DNA of 64,000 nucleotides from the IMG/VR virus record IMGVR_UViG_3300039008_000031, positions 1 to 64,000 of that record; one strand, written 5' to 3'. The notes below the pieces were generated by a model. The model was not told the origin of the DNA, made no database searches, and was given only the letters and a program-made list of their open reading frames with translations. This DNA comes from a virus. Made by a program: the position numbers and the translations under genes. This document shows, in pieces, positions 45,140 through 54,800 of this stretch; within the stretch, counting starts at the first letter, position 1; every line of letters begins with the position of its first letter.

Positions 45140-46144
45140 ATGAAAATCACCAATGACCATAAGATCGACTTGCCCTTGGCAGTTTGGTTGCTTCAAGACG
45201 GATACAACTCTGGGGCAAACAAAAACCCCAACCCTAATCTTGAGCTTCTCTCTGTAACCACTTTGTTGAAGCCAACCCGTCAGCTGATCCTGCAACGCAA
45301 AGTCCCGATGGAAGATCGTGAAATGGACCTTGCTGATATGATCGCTTCTCGTATGGGGCATTCCATTCACGATGGGATTGAACGTGCTTGGACTGAAGGG
45401 GATGTAGGCAAAGCCCTGAAACAAATGCACTACCCTCAAAAGATCATCGACCGTATTCGGATTAACCCAAACCCGAAAACACTTCTCAAAGATCACATCC
45501 CGATCTACCTCGAAAAACGAGGTTTCCGTGAAGTTGGGGGCATTATGCTCACCGGTCAGTTGGACTTTGCAATCAACGGTTCATACCGGGACTTTAAGTC
45601 CACTTCGACATTCTCTTTCACTTCTGGTTCAAAAGACGAGGATTATCGTCTTCAGGGGTCCATGTACCGCTACATCATGCCTGAGTACATCTGGCGGGAT
45701 GAAATGCGTATCGAGTTCATCTTTACCGACTGGCAACGGTTCATGGCGAAACAGAATCCGAACTACCCTCAGACGAAGGTAGCTCATAAGGACTTTGTTC
45801 TTCTTAATTTGAAAGAGACCGAGGAGTGGATTCAGGAGAAACTCCAAGACATCCGAAAGAATGCAGGCAAAAACCAAGACAGAATGGTTCGCTGTTCTGA
45901 CAAGGAGCTGTGGCGTTCTGATGATGCTTGGAAATACTACAGCAACCCTGAAACAGCCAAAAAAGGTGGACGTTGTACCAAACGCTTTGACAACGAGAGT
46001 GATGCACAATTGCATCTTTCGTCCAAAGGCAAAGGCACAGTAGTGAAGGAACCCGGAACCCCGAAGGCATGTGCGTACTGTCCTGCTTTCTTGGTTTGTG
46101 AACAACGGAAGGAATACTTCCAAGACAACGGAGAACCCATCTAA
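45140..46144 (+). CDS. PD-(D/E)XK nuclease with a C-terminal Cys cluster (Cas4/RecB-like exonuclease)
   Basis: It carries GQLDFAINGSYRDFKSTS (D...D/ExK), QGSMYRY (QxxxY), and Cys residues at CSDKELW, CTKRF and CAYCPAFLVC. Confidence 0.65.
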   Translation: MKITNDHKIDLPLAVWLLQDGYNSGANKNPNPNLELLSVTTLLKPTRQLILQRKVPMEDREMDLADMIASRMGHSIHDGIERAWTEGDVGKALKQMHYPQKIIDRIRINPNPKTLLKDHIPIYLEKRGFREVGGIMLTGQLDFAINGSYRDFKSTSTFSFTSGSKDEDYRLQGSMYRYIMPEYIWRDEMRIEFIFTDWQRFMAKQNPNYPQTKVAHKDFVLLNLKETEEWIQEKLQDIRKNAGKNQDRMVRCSDKELWRSDDAWKYYSNPETAKKGGRCTKRFDNESDAQLHLSSKGKGTVVKEPGTPKACAYCPAFLVCEQRKEYFQDNGEPI

Positions 46145-48300
46145 TGACTGCCAACTTTTATGACCTGAAGGTGATTGATAAAACATCTCATCACCCAGCA
46201 ATGGTCGAATTGGTGGATCTGCTCTGTCACCGGACAGGCAACGTCAACCGAGACTTTTTTCAAGCTGAGGTAGCTTATTTCCTTGGCTTGATCCCTTCTT
46301 CCATGCGGGCAACAATCATTAGCCCTGAACGTGGTAACATCCCCGTCAACATCTACTCTATCGCTTTGGCGACATCTGGCTTTGGTAAAGGCCATTCGGT
46401 GTCCCTGATGGAAGATGTGGTTGGTGGTTTTCGTGAGAACTTCATGGGAACAACATTCCCTGAAATCGCAGAAGCCTCCATCTTTGACATGGCAGTAGAT
46501 ATTGCTGCATCGAAAGGCGGGGATGAAGATAAAGAGCGAGAGGCGCTTACCAGCGACTATAAGAAGCAAGGTCATGCTCCTTTCCTCTTTGATAGTGGTA
46601 CAGGCCCAGCAGTCAAACAGCTTCGCTACAAGCTGCTGCTGGCCCGCTGTGGTGCTATCAATTTCCAGATGGACGAGATCGGTTCAAACCTCCAAGGCAA
46701 CGCAGAGGTAATCAATGTTCTTCTGGAACTCTACGACCTTGGTAAGGTCAAAACCAAACTGGTAAAAAATACCCCGGATAATGAACGGGGTATGGACATC
46801 GTTGGGACCACCCCTTCGAATGCTCTTATGTTTGGTACTACCTCAAAGCTCTTCGACGGGGCCAAGACTGAGGAGGAATTCTATTCCTTCTTGGAGACTG
46901 GGTATGCTCGTCGTTGCTTCTTTGGCATGGGACAACCGGAGAGTGCTTCTCCCACAGTTAAACCCGAAGACGTGTACAATGGCTTGGTTTCTAAAAACCA
47001 ATCAGCAGCCTTGACCCGCTGGAGAACCAATCTGACAAAGTTTGCGGATCCCCGCTACTACAATCAGAAACTCTCCATGCCAAAAGAAGTAGGTGTCGAA
47101 TTGGTCGCATATCGTCTTCAATGCGAAGCGATGGCCAATGAACTGCCAGAGCATGAGGTAATTAGGAAGGCAGAACTCTCTCACCGCTACTTCAAGGCTT
47201 TGAAGTTGGCAGGGGTGTATGCCTTTCTCGACGAGTCATCGGACATTACGATGACAAACCTTCGTCAGGCCATCAAAGTGGCTGAAGAAAGTGGAGAAAG
47301 TTTCCAAATCCTGCTGAAACGGGAACGAAACTTTGTTCGTCTTGCCAAATACATCTCGGCTGTGCCGTCTGAATTGACACATGCTGATCTGGTGGAAGAT
47401 CTTCCCTTCTACCCGTCCAGTACCACAGCACGCCGGGAAATGATGGATCTGGCTATGGCATGGGGCGTTAGCAATAACGTAGTTATCACCAAGAATGTGG
47501 TGAGCAGTGTGGAGTTCTTCTCTGGTTCTACTCTGCAGGAGACCGATCTTAACAGTCTGACTTTCAGTTTGTCGGATCATTTCGCCTATGACTACGATGC
47601 TATGGCCCAACCTCTCGATAAGCTTCCAAAACTATTGGCTGCACCCGGTATGCACTGGACAAACCATAGGTTCAAAGACAATCACCGGACTGAGGACAAA
47701 GCTATCGAGGGGTTCAACATGCTTGTGGTAGATGTTGATGGTGGTATTCGTCTAGAGGCAGTGCATGAGCTGCTAAAAGACTTTACCTTCATCACAGCCA
47801 CAACCAAACGGCACACCGATGAACAGCACCGGTTCCGGCTTATCATGCCTACGAACTATGTGCTTAATCTGGACAAAGAAGACTATCGTGAATTCATGAA
47901 TGCCTTTCTTCTTTGGCTTCCTTTCGAAAGTGACCCCGGTGCAAACCAAAGGTCTAAGAAATGGATGACCAACGAGAATGCTGTTGTCCATGTCAATCGC
48001 GGTCCACAGATTGTGGATGTTCTGCCTTTCATCCCGAAAACCAAGCAGAACAGTGAATATATGACAGGTGTTGCCGACCTTGGTAATTTGGATCACCTTG
48101 AACGGTGGTTCCTCAACATCATGGAAGTGGGTAGTAGGAATAACAACCTGCTGAACTTTGCCATGATGTTGAAGGACGCTGGTATGGGATACAATGAACT
48201 TGAAAGCAGGGTCATGGATCTTAACAAGCGTTCTCCTTCACCCCTGAAAGCAGACGAAGTGCAGTCTACTGTGCTGAAATCTGTAGCATCCAAATACTGA
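46144..48300 (+). CDS. DNA primase (AEP / VirE_N-like domain in the C-terminal half)
   Basis: The segment NMLVVDVDGG...ATTKRHTDEQHRFRLIMP shows a DxD motif and a His motif. At 718 aa, it sits between the nuclease and the Sak4-like ATPase, as in N4-like replication modules. Confidence 0.6.
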   Translation: MTANFYDLKVIDKTSHHPAMVELVDLLCHRTGNVNRDFFQAEVAYFLGLIPSSMRATIISPERGNIPVNIYSIALATSGFGKGHSVSLMEDVVGGFRENFMGTTFPEIAEASIFDMAVDIAASKGGDEDKEREALTSDYKKQGHAPFLFDSGTGPAVKQLRYKLLLARCGAINFQMDEIGSNLQGNAEVINVLLELYDLGKVKTKLVKNTPDNERGMDIVGTTPSNALMFGTTSKLFDGAKTEEEFYSFLETGYARRCFFGMGQPESASPTVKPEDVYNGLVSKNQSAALTRWRTNLTKFADPRYYNQKLSMPKEVGVELVAYRLQCEAMANELPEHEVIRKAELSHRYFKALKLAGVYAFLDESSDITMTNLRQAIKVAEESGESFQILLKRERNFVRLAKYISAVPSELTHADLVEDLPFYPSSTTARREMMDLAMAWGVSNNVVITKNVVSSVEFFSGSTLQETDLNSLTFSLSDHFAYDYDAMAQPLDKLPKLLAAPGMHWTNHRFKDNHRTEDKAIEGFNMLVVDVDGGIRLEAVHELLKDFTFITATTKRHTDEQHRFRLIMPTNYVLNLDKEDYREFMNAFLLWLPFESDPGANQRSKKWMTNENAVVHVNRGPQIVDVLPFIPKTKQNSEYMTGVADLGNLDHLERWFLNIMEVGSRNNNLLNFAMMLKDAGMGYNELESRVMDLNKRSPSPLKADEVQSTVLKSVASKY

Positions 48301-48304
48301 GGAT

Positions 48305-49069
48305 ATGATGACTGAAAACCCAAAAAGCATCATGATCTGTGGGGAAAGCGGACACGGAAAATCCGCTTCCCTCATGGGTATCGCAGGACGGAAAGACGTT
48401 CTGTATTTCAACTGTGAGAGTGGTAAACCTTTGCCCTTCCGCAACAACTTCAAACGGAAGACGATCACTGATCCAACTGACATCATGGATTACCTTGAGC
48501 AGCTGGAACAGATGGATCAAGAGGGAACGAATCCCTTCAAAATTGTGGTAATCGACACCGCTACCTTCATGATGGACATGTATGAACGTGTCCATGTTCA
48601 TGGTGCGGCCAACACCCAAAAAGCTTGGGGGAATTACGGTACGTTCTTCCCCGAACTGATGGATCAAACGGCCAAGGTAAACTGCTTCTTCGTGTTCTTG
48701 GCTCACCTTGATAGTTGGTTGGACGAAGACGAAGGCATCATGAAATACAGCGCCCCTGTGAAAGGTGCCATGGCCAAAAAAGGTCTGGAAAGCCGATTCA
48801 CTACAGTCTTGTATGTCAAGAAGATGCGTACCAAGGACATCCTCAAAGGTGTTGACGCAGGCAAGAACAAACTGCTGCACATCACTCCTAAAGAGGAAGC
48901 CAAAGGCTACAAGCACGTCTTCCTTACCGATAGCGATAAAACTACCATTGGTGGTCGTATTCGCTCCCCTCTGGGCATGTGGTCTGATGACGAACTGTAC
49001 ATCGACAACAATGTCCTTCCTGTTCTTGAACGCTTGCACGAGTATTACGCCGAGCAAGAAGACGAGTAA
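48305..49069 (+). CDS. RecA-fold ATPase (Sak4 / AAA_24-like recombination protein)
   Basis: Walker A is CGESGHGKS and Walker B is KIVVIDTATF. The product is 254 aa and lies directly upstream of the SSB gene. Confidence 0.65.
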   Translation: MMTENPKSIMICGESGHGKSASLMGIAGRKDVLYFNCESGKPLPFRNNFKRKTITDPTDIMDYLEQLEQMDQEGTNPFKIVVIDTATFMMDMYERVHVHGAANTQKAWGNYGTFFPELMDQTAKVNCFFVFLAHLDSWLDEDEGIMKYSAPVKGAMAKKGLESRFTTVLYVKKMRTKDILKGVDAGKNKLLHITPKEEAKGYKHVFLTDSDKTTIGGRIRSPLGMWSDDELYIDNNVLPVLERLHEYYAEQEDE

Positions 49070-49149
49070 CAACCTTCTCTTTTTTGGTTCCTGACCAAGG
49101 AAACACAAGATCAAGAAAAAAGACCAACCCACAAACTGAGGAAAACTTC

Positions 49150-49962
49150 ATGGGTAACATTTTCGCAAACAAAAAAGCCGTCAAAGATGAAAAGGTCGAG
49201 GACGATTTCATCGGCGGTGGTGGTGTTCTGGATACTGACATCTATCCCGGCACCATCAAATATGCCTACATCGGCAAAGCTCCGAAATCGGAAGCCCGCA
49301 ACTGCACTCTGTGTGTTGTGGTGAATGGCAAAGAAGTCACCCGTCAGGTCTGGATGACCAACAAAGCAGGTGATGTGACCTACACCAAAGACGGTGAAAC
49401 CCACAACCTGCCGGGCTACAACCAGATCAACTCGCTGGCAATGATGCTGCTGTCGAAGGAAATCGGTGACTGTGAGGTCGAAGAAAAGACCCTGAAGCTG
49501 TATGACTTCGATGCTCGCAAAGAAGTTCCGCAGGCAGTTGAATGCTTCGTCGAACTCCATGGCAAGGATCTGCAAGTCGCAATCCAGCGTCAAACAATCG
49601 ACAAGACCGAGAAGAATGACAGCACTGGTGATTATGAACCGACCGGGGAAACCCGTGACGTGAACGAATTCATCAAGTTCTTCCCGGAAGACAAACTGGC
49701 TACCCTGTCGGAAATCGCTGAGTTCATCAAAGGTCTGGGCGGTACGTTCGATGACGTGATGAGCGACGGTGATCTGCAGAAAGCCATCGACAACATGCCC
49801 GATGAACCGGGCGCCTATGCCACCAAATGGCTGGAAAAGAACCGTGGTCAGACCTATGACCGTTCGACCGGCAAGAAAGAAGGCAAGTCCTTCGGTGGTT
49901 CGAAAAGCAGCGATGGTGGTAGCAAATCCAGCGGTGCAAAGAAGTCGTTGTTCGACGACTGA
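49150..49962 (+). CDS. Single-stranded DNA-binding protein (N4 gp45-like)
   Basis: Start refined to ATG 49150. The C-terminal tail is Gly/Ser/Lys-rich and ends in KKSLFDD. Codon bias is strong. The call rests on synteny plus tail architecture. Confidence 0.6.
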   Translation: MGNIFANKKAVKDEKVEDDFIGGGGVLDTDIYPGTIKYAYIGKAPKSEARNCTLCVVVNGKEVTRQVWMTNKAGDVTYTKDGETHNLPGYNQINSLAMMLLSKEIGDCEVEEKTLKLYDFDARKEVPQAVECFVELHGKDLQVAIQRQTIDKTEKNDSTGDYEPTGETRDVNEFIKFFPEDKLATLSEIAEFIKGLGGTFDDVMSDGDLQKAIDNMPDEPGAYATKWLEKNRGQTYDRSTGKKEGKSFGGSKSSDGGSKSSGAKKSLFDD

Positions 49963-50002
49963 TTCTGAGTGATCAGTCTTGAAGACGTAGGTTTTGAGCC
50001 TT

Positions 50003-50037
50003 GTGGGGAGTCCGTACAAATCGAACTCCCCACTTTT
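50003..50037 (+). terminator. Rho-independent terminator after the SSB gene
   Basis: The 9-bp stem GTGGGGAGT / ACTCCCCAC is followed by TTTT. Confidence 0.7.
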
Positions 50038-50988
50038 GTGGAAGTTACGAAAACCAAACGGAAATCGTGCAACCTCAATGAGTATCGAAACCTACACCAC
50101 CACTTGCTGAACAAGCAGAAGATCAACTTCAAAGCCAAGGTCAAGAAGGCCATCGAGGCACTTAATCCCATGGATACAATTGCCATTCATTATACCATCT
50201 ACGCACAACGTAATGGTCGGATGGATACCATGAATGTTGGCTCTGTAATTGATAAGTATTTCTCAGATGCTTTGGTGGAACTGAATAAACTAAGGGATGA
50301 TGACTATACGAATATCGTATGGATCTCCTTCTCTTTTGGTGGTGTGTCAAAGGGAAACCCCCATGCCATCGCAACAATAACCCCTGTGAGAAAGAAAGCT
50401 GATATGCGTATTCTTCTTGAACAGACGGAAGTCATTGAGGCCCTTCTGGCTGAACTGACCGAAGATCAGATGCAGGTTGCTATTGGCAACTACGTCCGTA
50501 ACACCATCGGTCTGGAACCCAAGGACATCGTTATCTCCAATGATGACGAACTCTCCGTCGAAATCTTTGCTGGTCCTTCGACTGGCTCTGCCCCGGTACA
50601 GAAAACCAAGGCAAAACCGAAGACTACCCGTACACGTAAGCCGAAACCTACACCGGAGAAAGAACCGGAGGATAAGGCTGATGTGGATGGATCTTCTGAA
50701 ACTGGCAGCGATGACAGTGGTAAAGGAACTGGCGGAGGAGCAGATACAGACGCTCCGGCAGAACAAACCGAAGCCCCCGTCAAAGCCAAGAAATCGGCAC
50801 TCTTCGACAATGATGAAGAGACCGCAACCAAAACTGATACCACCGAAAAAAGCTCCAAAGGTGGTGCAGCAAAAAACCTTTTCACGGACGAGGAAAACCA
50901 ATCCTCCAGTGATCAGTCCGAAGAAGGTACTGGTGACGCGAAAGCCGATTCAGTGAAGACCGACAAAGCGTCGATCTTCGATGTTTGA
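50038..50988 (+). CDS. RusA-like Holliday-junction resolvase domain + long acidic/Lys-rich tail
   Basis: The segment NLNEYRNLHHH...AIHYTIYAQRNGRMDTMNVGSVIDKYFSDALVELNKLRDDDY parallels the RusA pattern N..YR...D.DN...K...DAL...DD. The start is uncertain: the tracked start at 49969 lies inside the terminator, and GTG 50038 follows it. Confidence 0.45.
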   Translation: MEVTKTKRKSCNLNEYRNLHHHLLNKQKINFKAKVKKAIEALNPMDTIAIHYTIYAQRNGRMDTMNVGSVIDKYFSDALVELNKLRDDDYTNIVWISFSFGGVSKGNPHAIATITPVRKKADMRILLEQTEVIEALLAELTEDQMQVAIGNYVRNTIGLEPKDIVISNDDELSVEIFAGPSTGSAPVQKTKAKPKTTRTRKPKPTPEKEPEDKADVDGSSETGSDDSGKGTGGGADTDAPAEQTEAPVKAKKSALFDNDEETATKTDTTEKSSKGGAAKNLFTDEENQSSSDQSEEGTGDAKADSVKTDKASIFDV

Positions 50989-51175
50989 TCAGATCAAAGG
51001 GCTACTGGTGGTGATCGCACTGGTAGCTGCCTTTTTCGCTATTCTCTTCCTTGGTTCCATTATCGTAATGGTGATTATTGGGTTGCTGGCTTTCGCTGGA
51101 GTCCTTTTCGTCATTTGGTTCTTTTGGCAGATGGCGGTGGAGGAGATCCGATCACACAAACGGGAGAAGCGGTAA
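50981..51175 (+). CDS. Small two-TM membrane protein (64 aa)
   Basis: The sequence is LLVVIALVAAFFAILFLGSIIVMVIIGLLAFAGVLFVIWFFW. It overlaps the upstream stop. Confidence 0.55.
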   Translation: MFDQIKGLLVVIALVAAFFAILFLGSIIVMVIIGLLAFAGVLFVIWFFWQMAVEEIRSHKREKR

Positions 51176-51184
51176 CGCTTCTCC
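51163..51184 (+). terminator. Hairpin enclosing the last plus-strand stop codon (terminator-like)
   Basis: The structure is GGAGAAGCG-GTAA-CGCTTCTCC, a 9-bp stem. A U-run appears only after 9 nt. Confidence 0.4.
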
Positions 51185-51834
51185 TACTCTGAATTTTGAT
51201 GAGCTGTGGCGCACTGTGAACCCGAAGTTGACCTCCGTACAAGGTAGTTAGGGTTGCATCAGTACCGGAAAATCGCTTGTGAGGTTGCAAACTCATAAGT
51301 AAGAGTTCCCAAAGCTGAGCTTAGCGCGGTATACGCGGAGTATGCAGGTAGCCCAATGTGGGCCAGCTCATTCAAACTCAGAGACCCCCTTTCGAGGGGA
51401 AGCAGGGCGGTAGAGGACATTCCTTCCGTTGGTTCTCCCGTCCTGCTGGGAATTGTGGACCATGTGTAGTGATCATGAAAAGCAATGCTGACGCAGGGCA
51501 GTATCACAGCCTGCAAGCGGCGACATGGGTGCTTTGAACCGATGCGAACCGGAAGCTACTCCCGAAGGCTCACGACCTTTAAGAGCAAAGGGATCACGGG
51601 GAGGGGTAATAGGCCATACCCTCCCCGCCCGATCCACAGAAAATCCAACATAACTGATGAGACTTTATGAGTCGAAACGAGAAATCGTCTTATGTGTTTA
51701 TGCCGTAGAATAGGTCTTCTGTGGTATTTTGACAGCTATCGAAGGTGAACATTCAGGGTTGCTCCTGACGCCATAGAGGCACAAAGCCATGAGTAAAGGG
51801 TGGACTCCTTGTAGTATCCTCATGGAAGGTTTTG

Positions 51835-51890
51835 TCCAAAGCCAAAGATGGGAACAGAGAGTTGGTTGCTCTTCTTTCTCTGTTCCCATC
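51835..51890 (-). terminator. Rho-independent terminator of the vRNAP gene
   Basis: The 13-bp stem GATGGGAACAGAG / CTCTGTTCCCATC starts 7 nt after the vRNAP stop. On the minus strand it is followed by TTTGGCTTTGG. Confidence 0.7.
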
Positions 51891-51896
51891 AGATCC

Positions 51897-54800
51897 TTAC
51901 TTGTTGGCCCAATCTGCAGCGTTAACCCACGGGTTTAGTTCAGGTGCTCCGAACAACATCTCATAACCCATGGAATAACCCAGCTTGTCATCAGCAATGA
52001 CCGAGAAGATGTTGTCCTGAATTGGGCTATCTTCTGTCAGACCACCTGTCACAAATGCCCGTACCGGGTTCTCCCGAAGATGTTGCATAGCAATCTTAGC
52101 GATACGCAGTTTGAATGCGAAGAACCAAGTACCTCCAACACCTTCCAGATAGGAACGTGTACGACCCGGCAGAACAGAGAAATTAACAAACTCTTCGTTC
52201 ATTTTAGCAATAGCCGTATCGTGATCAAAGCCTTTAGCAATCAAGTGATCATAGTAGATCGCTTTTGCAAGGAAGTCTCCGTACTGAACAGCACGGTTTA
52301 GTCCTTTGTAAAGAGCAGTGGACTTCCCTACCAAACCATACTGAACAACAGTATTTACCTTAGCAGGCAAAATACGTTCAGCAGTCTGTTCAACCCAATC
52401 TCCCAAATTTCCAGATGTCAGTTCGACATCCAAATCTGTCAGACCTTCAGACAAGTTCTTGTATGCACCTGCCTCAATCAGAGGAGCAATGGACATACGT
52501 GCATTCAGGTCATCCAGAGACTGGATACGTTGTTCTAATACCTTGGCACGATTAGAACCCACACCTGCAAGACGTACACGAGCCTCCAGTTCAATCTTCT
52601 CTTTGACGTTCTGGTTATACTTCTCAACCTCTGCCAGCTTCTCACGGAAACCTTTGTACACCTGTTTGGTGGGTACCCCACGAGTGGTCAGCTGGATCAC
52701 GTTTGCCTTCAGGTTCATCATAGGAACGACCATAGACCGAACCACGATAATATCCTTAGCAGACGAGATGAGCTGCTGTGCTCCTGTCTCAAAGCTCCCA
52801 ACTACCTTCAGGGCCTTATCTCCAAAGAACATCGTTGTAACGCCTGTGACCGTGTTCTGGACGCTCTTAGGCAGTCGTGTCTTGCCAGACCACATGTCCA
52901 CCACAGAAGCTTCACGATAACCCAGAGCAAGGTTGATATGGTCTTTCCGTACCCAGAATTGTTCACCAAATTGGGAAGCAATGTAGTTCTTGGTTTGGAT
53001 AGGGATTACCCGGTAAGTCTCCTTATAGATCTCATCTTTCAGATCAGGATCAGCAATGTTGATAAACTGATTATCCGTACCCGGTTCCCGGTTATCGTAG
53101 ATAGATTTCAGCTCATCAACCACAGCCTTATTGTATTCCTTTGCTGCAGTTTCTTCGACCTGACGGCCAGCCCACGAACCAAGCATAAGAGCAAGGTTCT
53201 CATCAGGCTCCATGATACGGTCCAGAATATCCGGGTTAATAGCACGTTCAAAAGCTTCCACTTCCCCGTTCTCATCAAAGATCGGAGTCAGAGTTTCTTT
53301 GGCTTTTACCTCATCCGCTTCCACATCTTTAAGGATTTGATCCTTGGCTTCGCCAGTGATGATCCCAGAAGTGGTACCGTTAACCGTAAGGCCGGTATCC
53401 ACATCAACCCCCCGGTAGGTCAGCTGAGCCTGTTGGATAATCCCCTGAGAATAGTTACCTTGAGTTTTGGCAGTATTCACAAAGTAGGACTTGCTAAAGA
53501 TCGAAGCATCTTCAGCAGTTGCCGGAGCCAGTTCGGTATATCCTTCGGCTTTGAGCTGGTTGGCGTAATCGGTCGGTTTGATTTCAATACGAACATCCTT
53601 CTTACCATGGTTCGGGACATACCCTTTGTACCCGTTAAGACGGGCTTTCTCAGAGATGTCCTTTGCATCTTCCTGAGCATTCAGGTGCTGCATATATGCC
53701 ACAAGATTGGCAACTGCTTTAGGTTCGTTCTGGTACATCTCCACAGTCTGTTCCCGCATATCCGGGTCCATGTCTCGCAGAGCATACAGAGAAACCAACT
53801 GATCAATGGTCCCGATCATGTGGGGTTTAGGATCACCATCCACCATCTGATCAATAGCATACGCATTCCGCAGCAAGTTATGGCCTGCACCCTGACCATT
53901 CATGTAGGCTGCCAGTTGTTCTGCTTTATCCAGAACATCCTGAGCCACGTAAGGCAGATACTCATCACGAATATCCTGTTCCAGACGTGCGATTTCCTTG
54001 TTGCGAATACCTTTCTCGGAAACAAAACGGAAAACCTTGTTCAGAGAACCAAGAGAAGTAAGTGCCTGAATATCTGTTTTTGCCAGAGTATTGAACATCG
54101 ACTTCCACTGGGACGCATCCGGGTGAGTGGTAAACCCATTCTGCAGAATAACCGGAAGATCTTCCCGGAATGCCTGACGAGCAGCAGATACAGCATGGTT
54201 GGTTTTATCGAGAAGAGCCACAAGGTTCTTATTCGAAGCATCCGTACCCACAACCTCAGATACCAGTTCCCGTACCGGAGTAAGAATTCCTTCCAAAGGA
54301 ATTCCCGAGTGGGTCAGAGCTTTAGCCCCTTCAGCAGTAATTGCAGCACGGTCACTGTCCAACAGGTTAGCAGCCAAAGAAACAGTATTCCCCAAACCTT
54401 TAGTAAGTTTGTGGTGCTCGCTTTCCTGAAGCTGTTGGTTCTGATCAGACACGAAACCAGCCAGAGAAGAGAAGGCATCTTTCATTGTGGTATCTGCAAT
54501 ATCCAACCCACGACCAATAGTCTGAAGACCGGTGAACTCTTTCTGAAGGTCCATCCGAACAATAGAGTAGTCCAGAGCATCCAGAACCTCTTTGGAAGAC
54601 TTACCTGCAGTGTCGATAGATCCTGTTACTTTACGCATCAGGAAGGACACAGCCTGAGTCAGCCTACCGTTGAGATCTTGGGTGTGTGCCTGTTCAGGCA
54701 TGGTTTCCAATTGATCCAAAGCATTACGGAAGGTTTTGGAAGTTTGGGAGAGCGCAAGAAGCACAGCAACTGCATCAGAAATTCCTTCTTTGTTTTTGGT

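Noticed and set aside
51259-51889. Small ORFs in the 720-bp spacer (85 aa minus strand, 61 aa plus strand, 63 aa minus strand).
   Set aside because: They have no SD and odd composition. The 63-aa ORF initiates inside the vRNAP terminator stem. They are treated as chance ORFs, although a decayed gene cannot be excluded without BLASTX.
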